From positions 75,187-139,186 of the forward strand of contig QPMI01000219.1 of NCBI GenBank assembly GCA_004431415.1: a DNA stretch of 64,000 bases, given 5' to 3'. The notes under the pieces were generated by a model. It was given only the letters and a program-made list of their open reading frames with translations. It was not told where the DNA came from and searched no databases. This document shows, in pieces, positions 60,854 to 64,000 of this stretch. Position 1 is the first letter of the stretch. Each line of letters begins with the position of its first letter. The position numbers and the translations under genes were made by a program. The DNA is from Cyanophora paradoxa CCMP329 (lineage: Eukaryota; Plantae; Glaucophyta).

Positions 60854-60863
60854 GGAAGGACCA
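60854..60863 (-). promoter_or_regulatory. Primer-binding site TGGTCCTTCC, probably tRNA-Tyr type
   Basis: One base after the LTR end ...GTAACA; complementary to a tRNA 3' end GGAAGGA-CCA. Confidence 0.6.
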
Positions 60864-60864
60864 G

Positions 60865-61173
60865 TGTTACGAGCTCAGAGCAATGCGCACAGCATAGAAT
60901 GTGATGAAGGACATGTTTTGAGTCTATACGTGCACAGATTTCGAGAGAACACAATCAGATGACGATTCAATGATGGCCGCAAGAGAAGATCAAATGTTTC
61001 CCGCAGCAGCCCCCACAATGACGGGTTGCGGCCAGAAATGATCAAAGAACACTTGGGAGAACATGTTTACCCGTCATTTGCAAGAGTCTCGTGTATTTAT
61101 TCCAGAAGCCAGTACAAGCCACACAAGGCACAGGGCTACACTACGAGGGGGAGTTCGGGTTCGAGATACAACA
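60865..61173 (-). mobile_element. 5' LTR, 309 bp
   Basis: TGTT...AACA termini, internal AATAAA, followed by PBS and gag; abuts satellite B at CCAGGGGGAA|TGTTG. Confidence 0.75.
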
Positions 61174-64000
61174 TTCCCCCTGGAAAGTGTTTGTGTGCAC
61201 CTGACCTTGCTGTTGTGGGCCCAACGGGAATTCAAACTGACCAGGGCTAAGAAGGAGTGAACCCAGGAAACACTCAAGTCCCCAAACAATCGGCGGGGGT
61301 CCCACTCGGAACAATGGAACTTCTTACAGGGCCTCTGCTGGGCAGGGTGCACCTGCCTAAGGTTAGCGCCTTGTGTATGTTCCTCCTGGAAAGTGTTTGT
61401 GTGCACCTGACCTTGCTGTTGTGGGCCCAACGGGAATTCAAACTGACCAGCGCTAACAGGGAGTGAACCCAGGAAACATTCAAGTCCCCAAACACTCGGC
61501 AAGGATTCCACTTGGAAGGGCAGAGCCTCTTAGAGGGCCTCTGCTGGGCTGGGTGCACCTGCCTAAGGCTAGCGCCTTGTGCATGTTCCCCCTGGAAAGT
61601 GTTTGCGTGCACCTGACTTCCTGTTGTGGGTGTGATGGGAATTCAAACTGACCAGGGCTAAGAGGGAGTGAACCCAGGAAAAATTCAAGTCCCCAAACAC
61701 TCGGCGAGGATTCCACTTGGAAGGGCAGAGCCTCGTACAGGTGCTCTGCTCCAAGTGGGATCCCTGCAAAGTGTTTGGGGACTTGAATGTTTCCTGGGTT
61801 CACTCCCTCTTAGTGCTGGTCAGTTTGAATTCCCCTTGGGCCCATAACAGGGAGTCAGGTGCACACAAAACCTTTCTAGGGGGAACATGCACAAGGCGCT
61901 AGCCTAAGGCAGGTGCACCCTGCCCAGCAGAGGCCCGCTAAGAGGCTCTGCCCTTCCAAGTGGGATCCCTCCAAAGTGTTTGGGGACTTGAATGTTTCCT
62001 GGGTTCACTCGCTCTTAGCCCTGGTCAGTTTGAATTCCCGTTGGGCCTATAACAGGGAGTCAGGTGCACACAAAACCTTTCTAGGGGGAACATGCACAAG
62101 GCGCTAGCCTAAGGCAGGTGCACCCTCCCCAGCAGAGGCCCTGTAAGAGGCTCTGCCCTTCCAAGTGGGATCCCTGCAAAGTGTTTGGGGACTTGAATGT
62201 TTCCTGGGTTCACTCCCTCTTAGCGCTGGTCAGTTTGAATTCCCGTTGGGCCCATAACAGGGAGTCAGGTGCACACAAAACCTTTCTAGGGGGAACATGC
62301 ACAAGGCGCTAGCCTTAGGCAGGTGCACCCTGCCCAGCAGAGGCCCGCTAAGAGGCTCTGCCCTTCCAAGTGGGATCCCTGCAAAGTGTTTGGGGACTTG
62401 AATGTTTCCTGGGTTCACTCCCTCTTAGCCCTGGTCAGTTTGAATTCCCGTTGGGCCTATAACAGGGAGTCAGGTGCACACAAAACCTTTCTAGGGGGAA
62501 CATGCACAAGGCGCTAGCCTAAGGCAGGTGCACCCTCCCCAGCAGAGGCCCTGTAAGAGGCTCTGCCCTTCCAAGTGGGATCCCTGCCGAGTGTTTGGGG
62601 ACTTGAATGTTTCCTGGGTTCACTCCCTCTTAGCGCTGGTCAGTTTGAATTCCCGTTGGGCCCATAACAGGAAGTCAGGTGCACGCAAAACCTTTCTAGG
62701 GGGAACATGCACAAGGCGCTAGCCTAAGGCAGGTGCACCCTGCCCAGCAGAGGCCCTGTAAGAGGCTCTGCCCTTCCAAGTGGGATCCCTGCAAAGTGTT
62801 TGGGGACTTGAATGTTTCCTGGGTTCACTCCCTCTTAGCGCTGGTCAGTTTGAATTCCCGTTGGGCCCATAACAGGGAGTCAGGTAGACACAAAACCTTT
62901 CTAGGGGGAACATGCACAAGGCGCTAGCCTTAGGCAGGTGCACCCTGCCCAGCAGAGGCCCGCTAAGAGGCTCTGCCCTTCCAAGTGGGATCCCTGCAAA
63001 GTGTTTGGGGACTTGAATGTTTCCTGGGTTCACTCCCTCTTAGCGCTGGTCAGTTTGAATTCCCGTTGGGCCCATAACAGGGAGTCAGGTGCACACAAAA
63101 CCTTTCTAGGGGGAACATGCACAAGGCGCTAGCCTGAGGCAGGTGCACCCTGCCCAGCAGAGGCCCTGTAAGAGGCTCTGCCCTTCCAAGTGGGATCCCT
63201 CCAAAGTGTTTGGGGACTTGAATGTTTCCTGGGTTCACTCCCTGTTAGCGCTGGTCAGTTTGAATTCCCGTCACACCCACAACAGGAAGTCAGGTGCACG
63301 CAAACACTTTCCAGGGGGAACATGCACAAGGCGCTAGCCTTAGGCAGGTGCACCCTGCCCAGCAGAGGCCCTGTAATAGGCTCTGCCCTTCCAAGTGGGA
63401 TCCCTCCAGTGTTTGGGGACTTGAATGTTTCCTGGGTTCACTCCCTGTTAGCGCTGGTCAGTTTGAATTCCCGTTGGGCCCATAACAGGGAGTCAGGTAG
63501 ACAGAAAACCTTTCTAGGGGGAACATGCACAAGGCGCTAGCCTAAGGCAGGTGCACCCTGCCCAGCAGAGGCCCTGTAAGAGGCTCTGCCCTTCCAAGTG
63601 GGATCCCTGCAAAGTGTTTGGGGACTTGAATGTTTCCTGGGTTCACTCCCTGTTAGCGCTGGTCAGTTTGAATTCCCGTTGGGCCCATAACAGGGAGTCA
63701 GGTAGACACAAAACCTGTCTAGGGGGAACATGCACAAGGCGCTAGCCTAAGGCAGGTTCACCCTCCCCAGCAGAGGCCCTGTAAGAGGCTCTGCCCTTCC
63801 AAGTGGGATCCCTCCAAAGTGTTTGGGGACTTGAATGTTTCCTGGGTTCACTCGCTTTTAGCCCTGGTCAGTTTGAATTCCCGTTGGGCCCATAACAGGG
63901 AGTCAGGTGCACACAAAACCTTTCTAGGGGGAACATGCACAAGGCGCTAGCCTTAGGCAGGTGCACCCAGCCCAGCAGAGGCCCTGTAAGAGGCTCTGCC
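61174..64000. repeat. Satellite B array (minus to about 61735, then plus with homogeneous 205-bp units), runs off the window
   Basis: ORF starts at 61913, 62118, 62323, 62528, 62733, 62938 and 63143 give a 205-bp period. Confidence 0.97.

Noticed and set aside
7466-64000. CRISPR array (repeats with intervening unique sequence)
   Set aside because: Repeats are 125-205-bp tandem monomers mostly without spacers, inserts range from 0.1 to 4 kb with non-identical junctions, no cas genes are present, and the context is eukaryotic.

Overview
Repeat-rich, heterochromatin-like nuclear DNA from a GC-rich eukaryote with short (about 50-60 nt) GT-AG introns; it is not prokaryotic. The scaffold is two related tandem satellites, A (about 125 bp) and B (about 205 bp), which share a palindromic core (GGGGGAAYATGCACAAGGCGCTAGCCTTAGGCAG) and switch orientation repeatedly. 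Unique cargo sits between satellite blocks: a fragment resembling a viral minor capsid (penton) protein, an intact intronless GT-A glycosyltransferase, an intact PglD/NeuD-type sugar acetyltransferase, two pieces of a Ty3/gypsy-type integrase in opposite orientations, an LTR+PBS+gag, an intronless ITPA fragment and an unidentified 0.6 kb segment present twice. The window also holds two L1-like LINEs (one with APE-RT-RNase H-zinc knuckle and a long hydrophobic N-terminus, one lacking RNase H), a tRNA-derived T-tailed SINE with a 15-bp TSD, a 540-bp tail-less insertion with a 15-bp TSD, and a 14.5-kb foldback structure. The foldback has 3.2-kb inverted arms around a core bracketed by telomere-like (CCCGGAT)n/(ATCCGGG)n tracts and containing a 348-bp tandem array. 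An F-box-like pseudogene has its 5' part amplified four times. Best candidate for a new system: a satellite or foldback scaffold that accumulates fragments of viral, transposon and host genes. All family assignments are from motif recognition by eye; no database searches were run.
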